Assembly: GCA_035536295.1 (NCBI GenBank)
Contig: DATLOI010000127.1
Coordinates: 26,493-90,492, forward strand
Source: Casimicrobiaceae bacterium
GTDB taxonomy: Bacteria > Pseudomonadota > Gammaproteobacteria > Burkholderiales > Casimicrobiaceae
Direction: 5' to 3'
Length of the DNA stretch: 64,000 nucleotides
Every line of letters starts with the position of its first letter. The first letter of the stretch is position 1. Made by a program: the position numbers and the translations under genes. The notes beneath the pieces are model-generated. The model made no database searches and was not told the origin of the DNA. It worked only from the letters and a program-made list of their open reading frames with translations. Shown piece by piece: positions 18,553 through 30,821 of this stretch.

Positions 18553-22006
<3,454 letters not shown>

Positions 22007-22032
22007 GTTGCCATTTAACGCGTTACGGGTGT

Positions 22033-22048
22033 AGATTGTCAACAATCT
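22033..22048. promoter_or_regulatory. Candidate GntR-type operator in the divergent phn promoter region
   Basis: AGATTGT-CA-ACAATCT: perfect 7-bp inverted arms with a TTGT..ACAA core (GntR GT-N-AC pattern). Lies 27 bp upstream of the regulator start. Confidence 0.4.
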
Positions 22049-22246
22049 GCAATCCTGCTTCACTCCGCCAGACCTGAAAAACAGAAGGGCTTCGCGGCCG
22101 ATGTGATTTACTACCGCGCTTTTTCGCGCGCCACCCGCGGTTGCTCGCGCGAAGCGCTGCGCGTAGCATCGGTTGCGCACAATGCCTAAGAGATCGTCCG
22201 CTGTTCGCATGCTTCGATTCTTGCAGCCACCAAGGAGGAGTCTTTC

Positions 22247-23275
22247 ATGAACCTTGCACGTCGTATTTCACTGGTGGCAATCACTGCCGCCGCGTTGTTC
22301 CATGTTGCGCCGCTCGCCGCGCAAAAAACCCAGCTCATCGTCTATACAGCGGTCGAAACCGATCAGCTCAAGGCGTACGAGGAAGGCTTCTACAAAGCAG
22401 TCCCCGATGTCGAGCTCAAATGGGTCCGCGATTCAACCGGTGTCATCACCGCAAAGCTGATCGCCGAGAAAGCCAATCCGCAGGCCGATGTCATATGGGG
22501 TCTTGCCGCAACGAGTCTTCTGGTCCTCGACAACGAAGGCATGTTGCAGCCCTACGCGCCCGCGGGACTCGCTGCGCTGGGGCCGCAATACAAGGACACG
22601 AAGAACCCGCCGAATTGGTGGGGAATGGACGTGTGGGGCGCGACGGTTTGCTTCAACACCGTCGAGGCGGCCAAGCAGAATCTGCCCAAGCCCGAGACCT
22701 GGCAGGACTTAACCAAGCCGGTCTACAAAGGCAAGATCGTGATGCCGAACCCGGCGTCGTCGGGAACCGGCTTTCTCGATGTGACGGCATGGCTGCAAAT
22801 CATGGGCGAGCAGAACGGCTGGCAGTTCATGGATCGATTGCACGACAACATCGCGCAATACACGCATTCGGGCAGCAAGCCGTGCGTGCAAGCAGGCAAC
22901 GGCGAGTTTCCGATCGGCATCTCGTTCGAGTATCGCGCCAACACGATCAAGGCCAAGGGCGGTCCGATCGATCTGATCTTTCCCAAGGAAGGACTCGGCT
23001 GGGACATGGAAGCATTCGGCATCATGAAGAATACGAAGAAGCTCGATGCCGCGAAGAAGCTCGCCGACTGGGCGTCGAGCAGGCCCGCGATGGAGCTCTA
23101 CGCGAAGAATTACGCGATCGTCGCGTTACCGGGGGTTGCGCAACCGCTGCCGAACGTTCCCGCCGACTACGAGAAGCGCCTGGTCAAGAATGACTTCGCC
23201 TGGGCCGCGAAGAATCGCGATCGCATTCTTGCCGAGTGGTCGAAGCGCTACGACGCCAAATCGGAGAAGAAGTAG
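22247..23275 (+). CDS. ABC transporter periplasmic binding protein, Fe(III)/2-aminoethylphosphonate type (PhnS2-like)
   Basis: AAGGAGGAG Shine-Dalgarno, signal peptide, FbpA/PhnS-like fold sequence. Divergent from the phnA/phnY operon. AEP specificity is inferred from context. Confidence 0.8.
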   Translation: MNLARRISLVAITAAALFHVAPLAAQKTQLIVYTAVETDQLKAYEEGFYKAVPDVELKWVRDSTGVITAKLIAEKANPQADVIWGLAATSLLVLDNEGMLQPYAPAGLAALGPQYKDTKNPPNWWGMDVWGATVCFNTVEAAKQNLPKPETWQDLTKPVYKGKIVMPNPASSGTGFLDVTAWLQIMGEQNGWQFMDRLHDNIAQYTHSGSKPCVQAGNGEFPIGISFEYRANTIKAKGGPIDLIFPKEGLGWDMEAFGIMKNTKKLDAAKKLADWASSRPAMELYAKNYAIVALPGVAQPLPNVPADYEKRLVKNDFAWAAKNRDRILAEWSKRYDAKSEKK

Positions 23276-23370
23276 GCGTAAGCGCGATTTTCGGTAGCAG
23301 CCATGCACGCGAGCGAGGGATTGCTCGATGAGCGATCTCTCGCAGCGGTGTGCATGCAACAGGAGGCCCC

Positions 23371-24444
23371 GTGAGCGTTGAACCGAGCTACCTCGAGCTG
23401 CGGGGCATTCACAAGAGCTTCGGCAAGTTCGTCGCCCTCGAGGACATTTCGCTCGACGTCCGGCGGGGCGAGCTCATGGTGTTTCTCGGACCGTCGGGTT
23501 GCGGCAAGACCACGCTGCTGCGCATCGTTGCGGGGCTGGAGCAACAAGATCGCGGTGCCATCATCCAAGACGGCACGGACATCACGCGTTTGCCCGCGAT
23601 CCGACGCGACTACGGGATCGTTTTTCAATCGTATGCGCTGTTTCCGAACCTCACTGTTGCGGACAACGTTGCGTATGGGCTTGTCAATCGGCGGCAGAAA
23701 CGGGCGGCGATCAATGCGCGCGTCGATGAGCTGTTGACGTTGGTTGGCCTGCCCGAATCGAAAACGAAGTATCCGGGCCAGCTTTCCGGCGGGCAACAGC
23801 AGCGTATCGCGGTTGCGCGTGCGCTTGCATCCTCACCCGGATTGCTGTTGCTCGACGAGCCGCTGTCTGCGCTCGATGCGCTGGAGCGCGTGCGCTTGCG
23901 TGGTGAGCTTCGCGCGCTGCAACAGCGACTCGCGGTGACCACGATCATGGTCACGCACGATCAGGAGGAAGCGCTTTCGATTGCAGATCGGATCGTCGTG
24001 ATGCATTCGGGACGAGTCGAGCAGGTGGGAACACCGCGCGCAATTTATGGAACGCCGGCGACCTCGTTCGTCGCCGACTTCGTCGGCAAGATCAACGTAT
24101 TGCCTGCCGTTGCCGAAGGGCGCGGCAGCTTTCGTGTCGGCAGCGTGGCGCTTCAGACCGAATGCGTCGACATTGTTGCAGGGACGCCGGTCAAGCTGTA
24201 TCTGCGACCCGAAGAAATCGCCGTGAACGCGAACGGCGCGTCGAGCATCAACACGCTGACAGCGAAGGTCGGCAAGATCGAATTCCTCGGAGCGTCGTGC
24301 ATGGTTGCGATCGCGCTCGATGCGGGCGACGCGCCACCATTGGTCGCAAACGTGTCGCGTCAGATTGTCGATGCAAAGCAGCTAGCAACCGGGCAATCGC
24401 TCACCGTGAGCCTGCCGCCGCAGGCGTTGCGCGTTCTCGGGTAG
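23371..24444 (+). CDS. ABC transporter ATP-binding protein (PhnT2-like, with C-terminal TOBE-type domain)
   Basis: GTG 23371 is preceded by AGGAGG (23361-23366). Walker A GPSGCGKTT, signature LSGGQQQR, Walker B LLLLDEP. Confidence 0.9.
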   Translation: MSVEPSYLELRGIHKSFGKFVALEDISLDVRRGELMVFLGPSGCGKTTLLRIVAGLEQQDRGAIIQDGTDITRLPAIRRDYGIVFQSYALFPNLTVADNVAYGLVNRRQKRAAINARVDELLTLVGLPESKTKYPGQLSGGQQQRIAVARALASSPGLLLLDEPLSALDALERVRLRGELRALQQRLAVTTIMVTHDQEEALSIADRIVVMHSGRVEQVGTPRAIYGTPATSFVADFVGKINVLPAVAEGRGSFRVGSVALQTECVDIVAGTPVKLYLRPEEIAVNANGASSINTLTAKVGKIEFLGASCMVAIALDAGDAPPLVANVSRQIVDAKQLATGQSLTVSLPPQALRVLG

Positions 24445-24450
24445 TCGCGG

Positions 24451-26175
24451 TTGATGGCTACCCGCGCGGCGACGTTACCTCGCATTCCCGCGCCCGCCGT
24501 CAAGCCGCGCGTGCACTGGCACGATCGGCTTGCGCAAGGATTGCTTCTATTGTGCTGCCTCGGGCTCGTCGCATTTCTGCTCGCACCGCTCGCGACGATT
24601 CTGATCAAGAGCGTGCAGGACAATTCGGGCGCGTTCGTCGGGCTCGCGCAGTTCCGCGACTATTTCGCGACCCCCGCACTGCGAAGCTCGATCTGGAACA
24701 CGTTGTGGGTTGCATTGGCCGTGACCGCGATCACGGTTCCGCTGGCATTCATGTACGCATACGCGCTGACGCGTTCGTGCATGCCCGGCAAGATCTTCTT
24801 TCGGGTGATCGCACTGACGCCGATCCTCGCGCCATCGTTGATGGCGGCAATCTCGTTCATCCAATGGTTCGGCAACCAGGGAGCGCTGAAGTGGCTATTG
24901 GGCGGCGCGTCGGTGTATGGCCCGCTCGGCATCATCCTGAGCTCCGTTTACGCAACGTTTCCCCACGCACTGATGATCATTCTCACGGCGCTGTTGCTGG
25001 CGGACGGCCGGCTCTACGAGGCGGCGGAGTCGCTGCGCACGCCGCGTTGGCGCAAGTTCCTGACGATCACGTTGCCAGGCGCGCAATACGGTCTGGTCAG
25101 CGCGACGATGGTCGTGTTCTCGTACACGGTGAGCGATTTCGGGATTCCGAAAGTGATCGGCGGCAACTTCAACGTGCTCGCCGTCGATATTTTCAAGCAG
25201 GTGATCGGCCAGCAGAACTTCAACAAGGGTGCGGTCGTCGGATTGGTGCTACTCGTGCCCGTGCTGCTCGCGTTCATTATCGATTGGATCATGCAGGGGC
25301 GCATAGTGGCGCAGTTCTCTGCCCGCGCGGTTCCCTACGCGCCGCGGCCATCGCGCTGGTTCGATCGCGCAATGCTCGTCTTTTGCGTCATCGTCGCGCT
25401 ACTGTTGATCGCGGTGTTGGGAATGGCGATCTACACGTCGTTCATCAAGTTCTGGCCGTACGACAAGTCGATGAGCCTGCGCCACTATTCGTTCGGCCTG
25501 GTCGACGCCGGCGTCATCGTCTCGTTTTTCAATAGCCTCAAGATGGCAGTGATGAGCGCGGTGTTCGGGACGATGTTCATCTTCGGCGTTGCGTATCTGC
25601 TCGAGAAAACGCGAGGCATGCCGACGACCAAGGCGGCGGTGCGACTCCTGGCCGCAGTTCCGATGGCAGTGCCTGGAATGGTGCTGGGCCTCGGCTACAT
25701 TCTGTTTTTCAACGACCCGGCCAATCCGCTGAACGCCCTTTACGGCACGATGACGATCCTCGTCGTGTCGACGGTCGTTCACTACTACACGTCGAGCCAC
25801 CTGACCGCTGTGACGGCGTTGAAAGCGCTCGACAACGAGTTCGAGGCGGTTTCCGCGTCGCTCAAGGTTCCGTTCTACAAGACGTTCTTCCGCGTCACCG
25901 TGCCGGTGTCGCTGCCGGCGATCCTCGACATAGGACGCTATTTGTTCGTCAACGCGATGGTCACGATTTCGGCCGTTGTTTTCCTCTACGCTCCGGGAAC
26001 GCAGCTCGCTTCGATCGCGATTCTCAACATGGACGAAGCGGGCGAGATCGGACCAGCGGCGGCGATGGCGACCTTGATCGTTGCGACATCGACGGTGATC
26101 TGCCTGGTCTATGCGGTGATCACACGCTTCATCGTGACGAGGACGCAGCGCTGGCGCGCGGCGGCGGTGATGTAG
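24451..26175 (+). CDS. Fused two-domain ABC transporter permease (PhnU2/FbpB-like)
   Basis: 574 aa, about 12 TM segments, two BPD-transporter permease repeats. Start is TTG 24451 or ATG 24454. Confidence 0.9.
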   Translation: MMATRAATLPRIPAPAVKPRVHWHDRLAQGLLLLCCLGLVAFLLAPLATILIKSVQDNSGAFVGLAQFRDYFATPALRSSIWNTLWVALAVTAITVPLAFMYAYALTRSCMPGKIFFRVIALTPILAPSLMAAISFIQWFGNQGALKWLLGGASVYGPLGIILSSVYATFPHALMIILTALLLADGRLYEAAESLRTPRWRKFLTITLPGAQYGLVSATMVVFSYTVSDFGIPKVIGGNFNVLAVDIFKQVIGQQNFNKGAVVGLVLLVPVLLAFIIDWIMQGRIVAQFSARAVPYAPRPSRWFDRAMLVFCVIVALLLIAVLGMAIYTSFIKFWPYDKSMSLRHYSFGLVDAGVIVSFFNSLKMAVMSAVFGTMFIFGVAYLLEKTRGMPTTKAAVRLLAAVPMAVPGMVLGLGYILFFNDPANPLNALYGTMTILVVSTVVHYYTSSHLTAVTALKALDNEFEAVSASLKVPFYKTFFRVTVPVSLPAILDIGRYLFVNAMVTISAVVFLYAPGTQLASIAILNMDEAGEIGPAAAMATLIVATSTVICLVYAVITRFIVTRTQRWRAAAVM

Positions 26176-26179
26176 CTCC

Positions 26180-27106
26180 ATGGCCGCTGCATTGCTTCAT
26201 GGCGTGTTTCCCGTTCTGCCGACGCCGTTCGACGATCGGGGCGGGCTCGACGCGGCGGGGCTCCGCAGACTGGTCAGATACCTGATCCGTTGCGGCGTCG
26301 ACGGCGTCACCTATCCCGGCGTCGCCAGCGAGGTGGGCGCGCTGTCGACCAAGGAACGCCTTGACCTCACGACGGTCGTCCTGACAGAGGTAGCGCGACA
26401 GATCCCGATGATCGCGGGCGTTTCGAGCACGGAGCCTACGACGACAATCGAACTCGCTGTCGCGGCGGTCACACAGGGCGCGGCCGCGCTGATGATCGCT
26501 GCACCGCCCGATCGCAAGACCGTGGATCAGCACATTGAATACTTCGCGGCGATCACCGCGTCCGTGCCGCAGACGCCGCTGATGCTGCAGAACGTGCCGC
26601 CTCCGGTCGGCGCTGGCCTCGATCCGGGCGTGCTGCTCGACATCCTCGCGTCCGTGCCGGCGATCCGCTACGTCAAGGAGGAAACGCTGCCCAGCGGCCA
26701 GCGGCTCACGGCGCTCAAAGCGCGAGCGCCGGCAAGTCTTCTCGGCGTGTTCGGCGGCGCAGGCGGCCGCTACATCACCGACGAGCTGCGCCGCGGCGCT
26801 GCCGGAACGATGCCGGCGATTGAGCTCGCCGAGGTGCACGTTGCGCTTCTCGCTGCACACCGTGCGCGCGACGCGGATCGCGTGCGCGAGCTATTCACGC
26901 GCATGCTGCCGGTGCTCAACGTGCAGGCCGTCTTCCGCTGGTCGTTGACGAAATACGTGCTCAAGCGCCGCGGCCTGATCGACAGCCTGCGCCAGCGCAC
27001 ACCGGGTCCGCTGATGGACGAGCAGGACATGGCGGACGTCGATGCGTTTCTCGCGGATCTGGACGACCTGCTGCTGCCGTCGAGTGAGCTCCGGGCACTT
27101 GGATGA
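26180..27106 (+). CDS. Dihydrodipicolinate synthase/N-acetylneuraminate lyase family (class I aldolase-type) protein
   Basis: GVFPVLPTPFDD N-terminus and Schiff-base lysine context IRYVKEE. Begins 4 nt after the permease stop. Confidence 0.85.
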   Translation: MAAALLHGVFPVLPTPFDDRGGLDAAGLRRLVRYLIRCGVDGVTYPGVASEVGALSTKERLDLTTVVLTEVARQIPMIAGVSSTEPTTTIELAVAAVTQGAAALMIAAPPDRKTVDQHIEYFAAITASVPQTPLMLQNVPPPVGAGLDPGVLLDILASVPAIRYVKEETLPSGQRLTALKARAPASLLGVFGGAGGRYITDELRRGAAGTMPAIELAEVHVALLAAHRARDADRVRELFTRMLPVLNVQAVFRWSLTKYVLKRRGLIDSLRQRTPGPLMDEQDMADVDAFLADLDDLLLPSSELRALG

Positions 27107-27171
27107 AACGACCCCCACGCCCGCCTTGCTCGCTGCCCCCCGAGGGGGCGCAGTCAGTCGGTCGGGGCGGC
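27102..27171 (+). repeat. REP/MITE-like intergenic repeat, copy A
   Basis: GATGAAACGACCCCCACGCCCGCCTTGCTCGCTGCCCCCCGAGGGGGCGCAGTCAGTCGGTCGGGGCGGC. Roughly 85% identical by eye to 38411-38479. Contains a GCCCCC/GGGGGC hairpin. Overlaps the TGA of the upstream gene. Confidence 0.7.
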
Positions 27172-27307
27172 TGGCCTCCTTGGACCGGCATCCCTAGTGA
27201 TCACTCCAGAGTCGCCATCTCGTGTCGACTCGCGACGCCGCGATCCCCACGCACACAACGCGTGGCGCCCCTCGCCGGCTGCTCGCGCCACGCCTTTCCC
27301 GACTGAC

Positions 27308-28504
27308 ATGAGCGCGTTTCCGCGTATCGCGCAAGTCGAGTGCTTCGTGGTTTCGCTGCCGCGCGAGGTGCCCTACCTCGGTCCGCTCGGACCGGGCGAG
27401 CGCGTGAACGCGCGCGGCTACCTGGTGCGCGAGGGCAACCGCACGATCTATCCGTCCACCGATATGTCGGTGCTGATCCGAATCACCGCCGACGACGGCA
27501 CCGTCGGTTGGGGCGAGACCTATGGCATCGTTGCGCCGGAGGCGGTGACCAGCATCATCGACGACGTGCTCGGGCCGGTGATCGTCGGCCGCGATCCGCG
27601 CGACGCGGTCGTTATCCAGGAGGACTTGTACGACCTGATGCGGGTGCGCGGTTTTTTCGGCGGTTTCTACGTTGATGCGATCGCTGGCGTAGACATCGCG
27701 ATCTGGGATCTGTTTGGCAAGCTCGTCGCCCAGCCGGTCGTCAAGCTGCTCGGCGGGCAGCGGCAGAAAACGGTCCCGGCTTACGTGTCGGGCTTGCCGG
27801 GTGCGACGCTGGACGCGCGCCTCGCACTCGCGCGCTCGTTCGTCGGCAAAGGCTTCACCGCGTTCAAGTACCACGCGGCCGTGTCGTTCGACGGCATCGT
27901 CGAGGAGATGCGGATGCTGCGCGAAGGTCTCGGGCCCGACGCCAAGCTGATGGTCGACCTGCACTGGAAGTTCACCGCGCAGGAAGCGATCCAGCTCATC
28001 GATCGGCTCGCCGCCTACAATCCGTACTTCGTCGAAGCGCCATGCCAGCCCGAGGACATCGAAGGGCAGGCGCGCGTCGGCGCGAGCGTGCGCGTGCCGC
28101 TCGCACTGGGAGAGGAGTGGCGAACGGTGTTCGAGTACCGGCCGCGTCTCGAGCGCCGGTCGATGTCGATCGTGCAGCCCGAGATGGGGCATACCGGCAT
28201 CAGCCAGTTCTTGCAGATCGGCCGCATGGCCAATGCGTTCCATATGAAGGTGATTCCGCATGCGAGCATCGGCCTTGGCATCTACCAGGCTGCGAGCCTG
28301 CATGCGACCGCCGCGCTGCCGAATGCGCCGATGCACGAGTATCAGCATTCGGTGTTCGACCGCAACCTTCGCTACGTCACCACGACGATGCGTTGCGAAG
28401 CCGGGGCATTCCACGTGCCGGAGGGGCCGGGCCTCGGCATCGAGCCCAGCGACGATGTATGGTCGTTCGTGCGCACGAAGCGCGCGAGCGGATTGAGCGA
28501 ATGA
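27308..28504 (+). CDS. Enolase-superfamily enzyme (mandelate racemase/muconate lactonising family; likely acid-sugar dehydratase/cycloisomerase)
   Basis: ATG 27308. Capping domain then barrel with metal-ligand contexts (MVDLHWKF, FVEAPC, LALGEEW). Confidence 0.85.
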   Translation: MSAFPRIAQVECFVVSLPREVPYLGPLGPGERVNARGYLVREGNRTIYPSTDMSVLIRITADDGTVGWGETYGIVAPEAVTSIIDDVLGPVIVGRDPRDAVVIQEDLYDLMRVRGFFGGFYVDAIAGVDIAIWDLFGKLVAQPVVKLLGGQRQKTVPAYVSGLPGATLDARLALARSFVGKGFTAFKYHAAVSFDGIVEEMRMLREGLGPDAKLMVDLHWKFTAQEAIQLIDRLAAYNPYFVEAPCQPEDIEGQARVGASVRVPLALGEEWRTVFEYRPRLERRSMSIVQPEMGHTGISQFLQIGRMANAFHMKVIPHASIGLGIYQAASLHATAALPNAPMHEYQHSVFDRNLRYVTTTMRCEAGAFHVPEGPGLGIEPSDDVWSFVRTKRASGLSE

Positions 28505-28518
28505 CAGGAGATCACCGA

Positions 28519-29493
28519 ATGAGGAATGCGTTCCATGCAGCGCTGATCGGCGTGCTGGCTTCGTTAGCGATGCCGTGCGCGGCCCAGTCCGACTATCCGG
28601 CCAAGCCGATCAAGTTCATCGTACCGGTGCCGCCGGGCGGCGCAGCAGACGCACTGGGTCGCATGATCGCCGAGCATCTGCAGAAGAAGTGGGGCCAACC
28701 GGTCGTCGTCGAGAACAAGCCCGGGGCGGGCTCCGCACTCGGGATGGACGCAGTGGCCAAGGCGCCTCCCGACGGCTACACGATCGGGCTTGGCAACATC
28801 GCCGCGAACGCGATCAACCCGGCGGTGCGGCCGGACAGCTTTCCCTATCAGCCGGTGAAAGACTTCGCCCCTGTCTCGATGATCGGCGTCACCCCGCTGA
28901 TCCTGGTCGTCAATCCTCAGAAGGTGCCGGTGAAGACGCTGCCGGAATTCATCGCCTATCTCAAGGCGCATCCGGGCAAGGTCGCCTACGGCTCGTCCGG
29001 CTCCGGCTCGTCGCTGCACGTCGGCATGGAGCTCTTCGCGCTCCGCACCGGAACGAAAATGGTCCACGTGCCTTACAAGGGATCGGCGCCGATGCTGAAC
29101 GACTTGCTCGGCGGCCAGGTCGATGCATCGATGGACGCGGCGGCGACGTCGTGGCCCCATGTACAGAGCGGCAAGCTGCGCGCGCTGGCCATCTCGACAG
29201 CTGAGCGCGCGTTCTTCGCGCCCGATCTGCCACCGATCCGCGACGTCGTGCCCGGCTTCGACGTCAGGCCATGGCACGGCGTGATGGCGCCGGCGGGCAC
29301 GCCGCAGGCGATCGTCGACAAGCTGTCCGCCGAAATCCAGGCGTTCCTCCGACAGCCCGACACCGAAGCGAAGCTTCGCGATCGTGGTGTGGTGCGTGTC
29401 GGCAACTCGGCCAAGGAGTTCGCGCAGACGATGGTCGACGAATACGATTTGTACCGGAAGATTGTGAAGGACGCGGGCATCAAGCCGGATTGA
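28519..29493 (+). CDS. Bug-family (TctC-like) tripartite tricarboxylate transporter substrate-binding protein
   Basis: AGGAG 8 nt before ATG 28519, signal peptide, and the hallmark YPAKPIKFIVPVPPGGAADALGR...ENKPGAGS. Confidence 0.9.
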   Translation: MRNAFHAALIGVLASLAMPCAAQSDYPAKPIKFIVPVPPGGAADALGRMIAEHLQKKWGQPVVVENKPGAGSALGMDAVAKAPPDGYTIGLGNIAANAINPAVRPDSFPYQPVKDFAPVSMIGVTPLILVVNPQKVPVKTLPEFIAYLKAHPGKVAYGSSGSGSSLHVGMELFALRTGTKMVHVPYKGSAPMLNDLLGGQVDASMDAAATSWPHVQSGKLRALAISTAERAFFAPDLPPIRDVVPGFDVRPWHGVMAPAGTPQAIVDKLSAEIQAFLRQPDTEAKLRDRGVVRVGNSAKEFAQTMVDEYDLYRKIVKDAGIKPD

Positions 29494-29534
29494 CGGCTGC
29501 TCGTTGCATCAGAGCGACTGATTGCGGAATTGCC

Positions 29535-30797
29535 ATGCTGACTGCTGTCCTGGCCACGGTGCTCTTTGTCCTCGTTGTCGTGCTGGGCGCGGTCATTTGG
29601 TCGATCAAGCGTCATCGTGACCCGGATCTGCACATCGAGACCGATTTCCCGATCGACAAGCTGGTGCCATCGCTCGCCGGGCTGACGCTTGGTACCGCTG
29701 TCGACGGAAACTCGGTCGAGGTCCTCGAGAACGGCGCCTTCTTCGACGTCCTCGTGGAGGAAATCGCGGCCGCCAAGCACTCCGTGCACTTCGAGACTTT
29801 TCTATGGGAGGAAGGCGTTCTCGCGCAGCGTGTGGCGGACGCGCTCGCCGAGCGGGGCCGCGCCGGCTTGCAGGTGCGGGTGCTGCTCGATGCCATCGGC
29901 TCCAAGCACATGGGCGAAGCCCTCGAGCGGAAAATGAAAGCGGCAGGATGCAAGGTGGTCAAGTTCCACCATCATCACATTCGCAACATCGGCGTCTTTC
30001 ACGAACGCGACCATCGCAAGCTCGTCGTGCTCGATGGCCGGGTGGCCTTCGTTGGCGGCCACTGCATCAAGGACGAGTGGCTCGGCGACGCGCAAGATCG
30101 CGAGCACTTCGCCGATATCAGCGTGCGGGTTCGCGGGCCGATCGTGACCAACGTGCAGGCTGCGTTCAGCGAGAACTGGGCGGGCGAGACCGGAGAGCTG
30201 TTCCTGGGCGAGGACGTGTTTCCTCGCCTCGACAAGGCTGGCGACGTCACCATGCACGCGGCTTATGCGAAACCGGAACGCTCCGCCCCGGCGGTGAAAA
30301 TCCTTCACCACACGGTTCTATGTCTCGCGACCAAGCGCATCTGGATTCAGAATCCTTACTTCATTCCGGAACCCGACGCGATCGATGCGTTCGGACGGGC
30401 TGTGGCAAAGGGCGTCGACGTGCGGGTGATGATGCCCTCGACGAGCGGCTCCGACAACCCGATGGTGCAGCACGCCGGGCATCGCAACTTCGAGAAGCTT
30501 TTGAAGTGCGGCGTGCGCCTCTTCGAATATCCGCACACGCTGCTGCATCAGAAGGTAATGACCATCGATGGCTTGTGGTGCGCGATCGGATCGAGCAACT
30601 TCGACGATCGCTCTTTCGAGACCAACGACGAGATTACGCTCGGGATCGTCGACACCGCGACTGCCAAGCAGCTCGAAACGATATTCGAGAAGTATCTGCC
30701 GGGTTGCACGGAGGTCAAACTGGAGCAATGGCAAAAGCGCGGGCTGCGCCACAAGCTCATCGACCACATGTATTACATGATCAACGAGGTGCTATGA
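29535..30797 (+). CDS. Phospholipase D / cardiolipin synthase family protein
   Basis: N-terminal TM helix. Two HKD motifs (HRKLVVLDGRVAFVGG and HQKVMTIDGLWCAIGSSNFDDRS). Confidence 0.85.
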   Translation: MLTAVLATVLFVLVVVLGAVIWSIKRHRDPDLHIETDFPIDKLVPSLAGLTLGTAVDGNSVEVLENGAFFDVLVEEIAAAKHSVHFETFLWEEGVLAQRVADALAERGRAGLQVRVLLDAIGSKHMGEALERKMKAAGCKVVKFHHHHIRNIGVFHERDHRKLVVLDGRVAFVGGHCIKDEWLGDAQDREHFADISVRVRGPIVTNVQAAFSENWAGETGELFLGEDVFPRLDKAGDVTMHAAYAKPERSAPAVKILHHTVLCLATKRIWIQNPYFIPEPDAIDAFGRAVAKGVDVRVMMPSTSGSDNPMVQHAGHRNFEKLLKCGVRLFEYPHTLLHQKVMTIDGLWCAIGSSNFDDRSFETNDEITLGIVDTATAKQLETIFEKYLPGCTEVKLEQWQKRGLRHKLIDHMYYMINEVL

Positions 30798-30821
30798 GAT
30801 CGCCGACGTGACCGAGCTCCG

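Noticed and set aside
27103-27306. 67-aa ORF (MKRPPRPP...) starting inside repeat copy A. Copy B also opens with ATGAAACG (MKRPPTLP...)
   Set aside because: The shared ATG made me consider a small repeated peptide gene. However, single-base indels between the copies destroy the common frame after a few codons, and the products are Pro/Arg-rich. Conservation is at the nucleotide level, so I treat it as a REP-like element.
27194-28414. 406-aa ORF antisense to the enolase-superfamily gene
   Set aside because: No recognisable domain and an Arg/His/Asp-rich composition. The opposite strand encodes a well-supported enzyme.
29535-30797. PLD-family gene as a nuclease-type defence component
   Set aside because: An N-terminal membrane anchor and two full HKD motifs in a roughly 420-aa protein fit cardiolipin/phospholipid synthases. 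No partner defence genes (helicase, methylase, ATPase) are adjacent.
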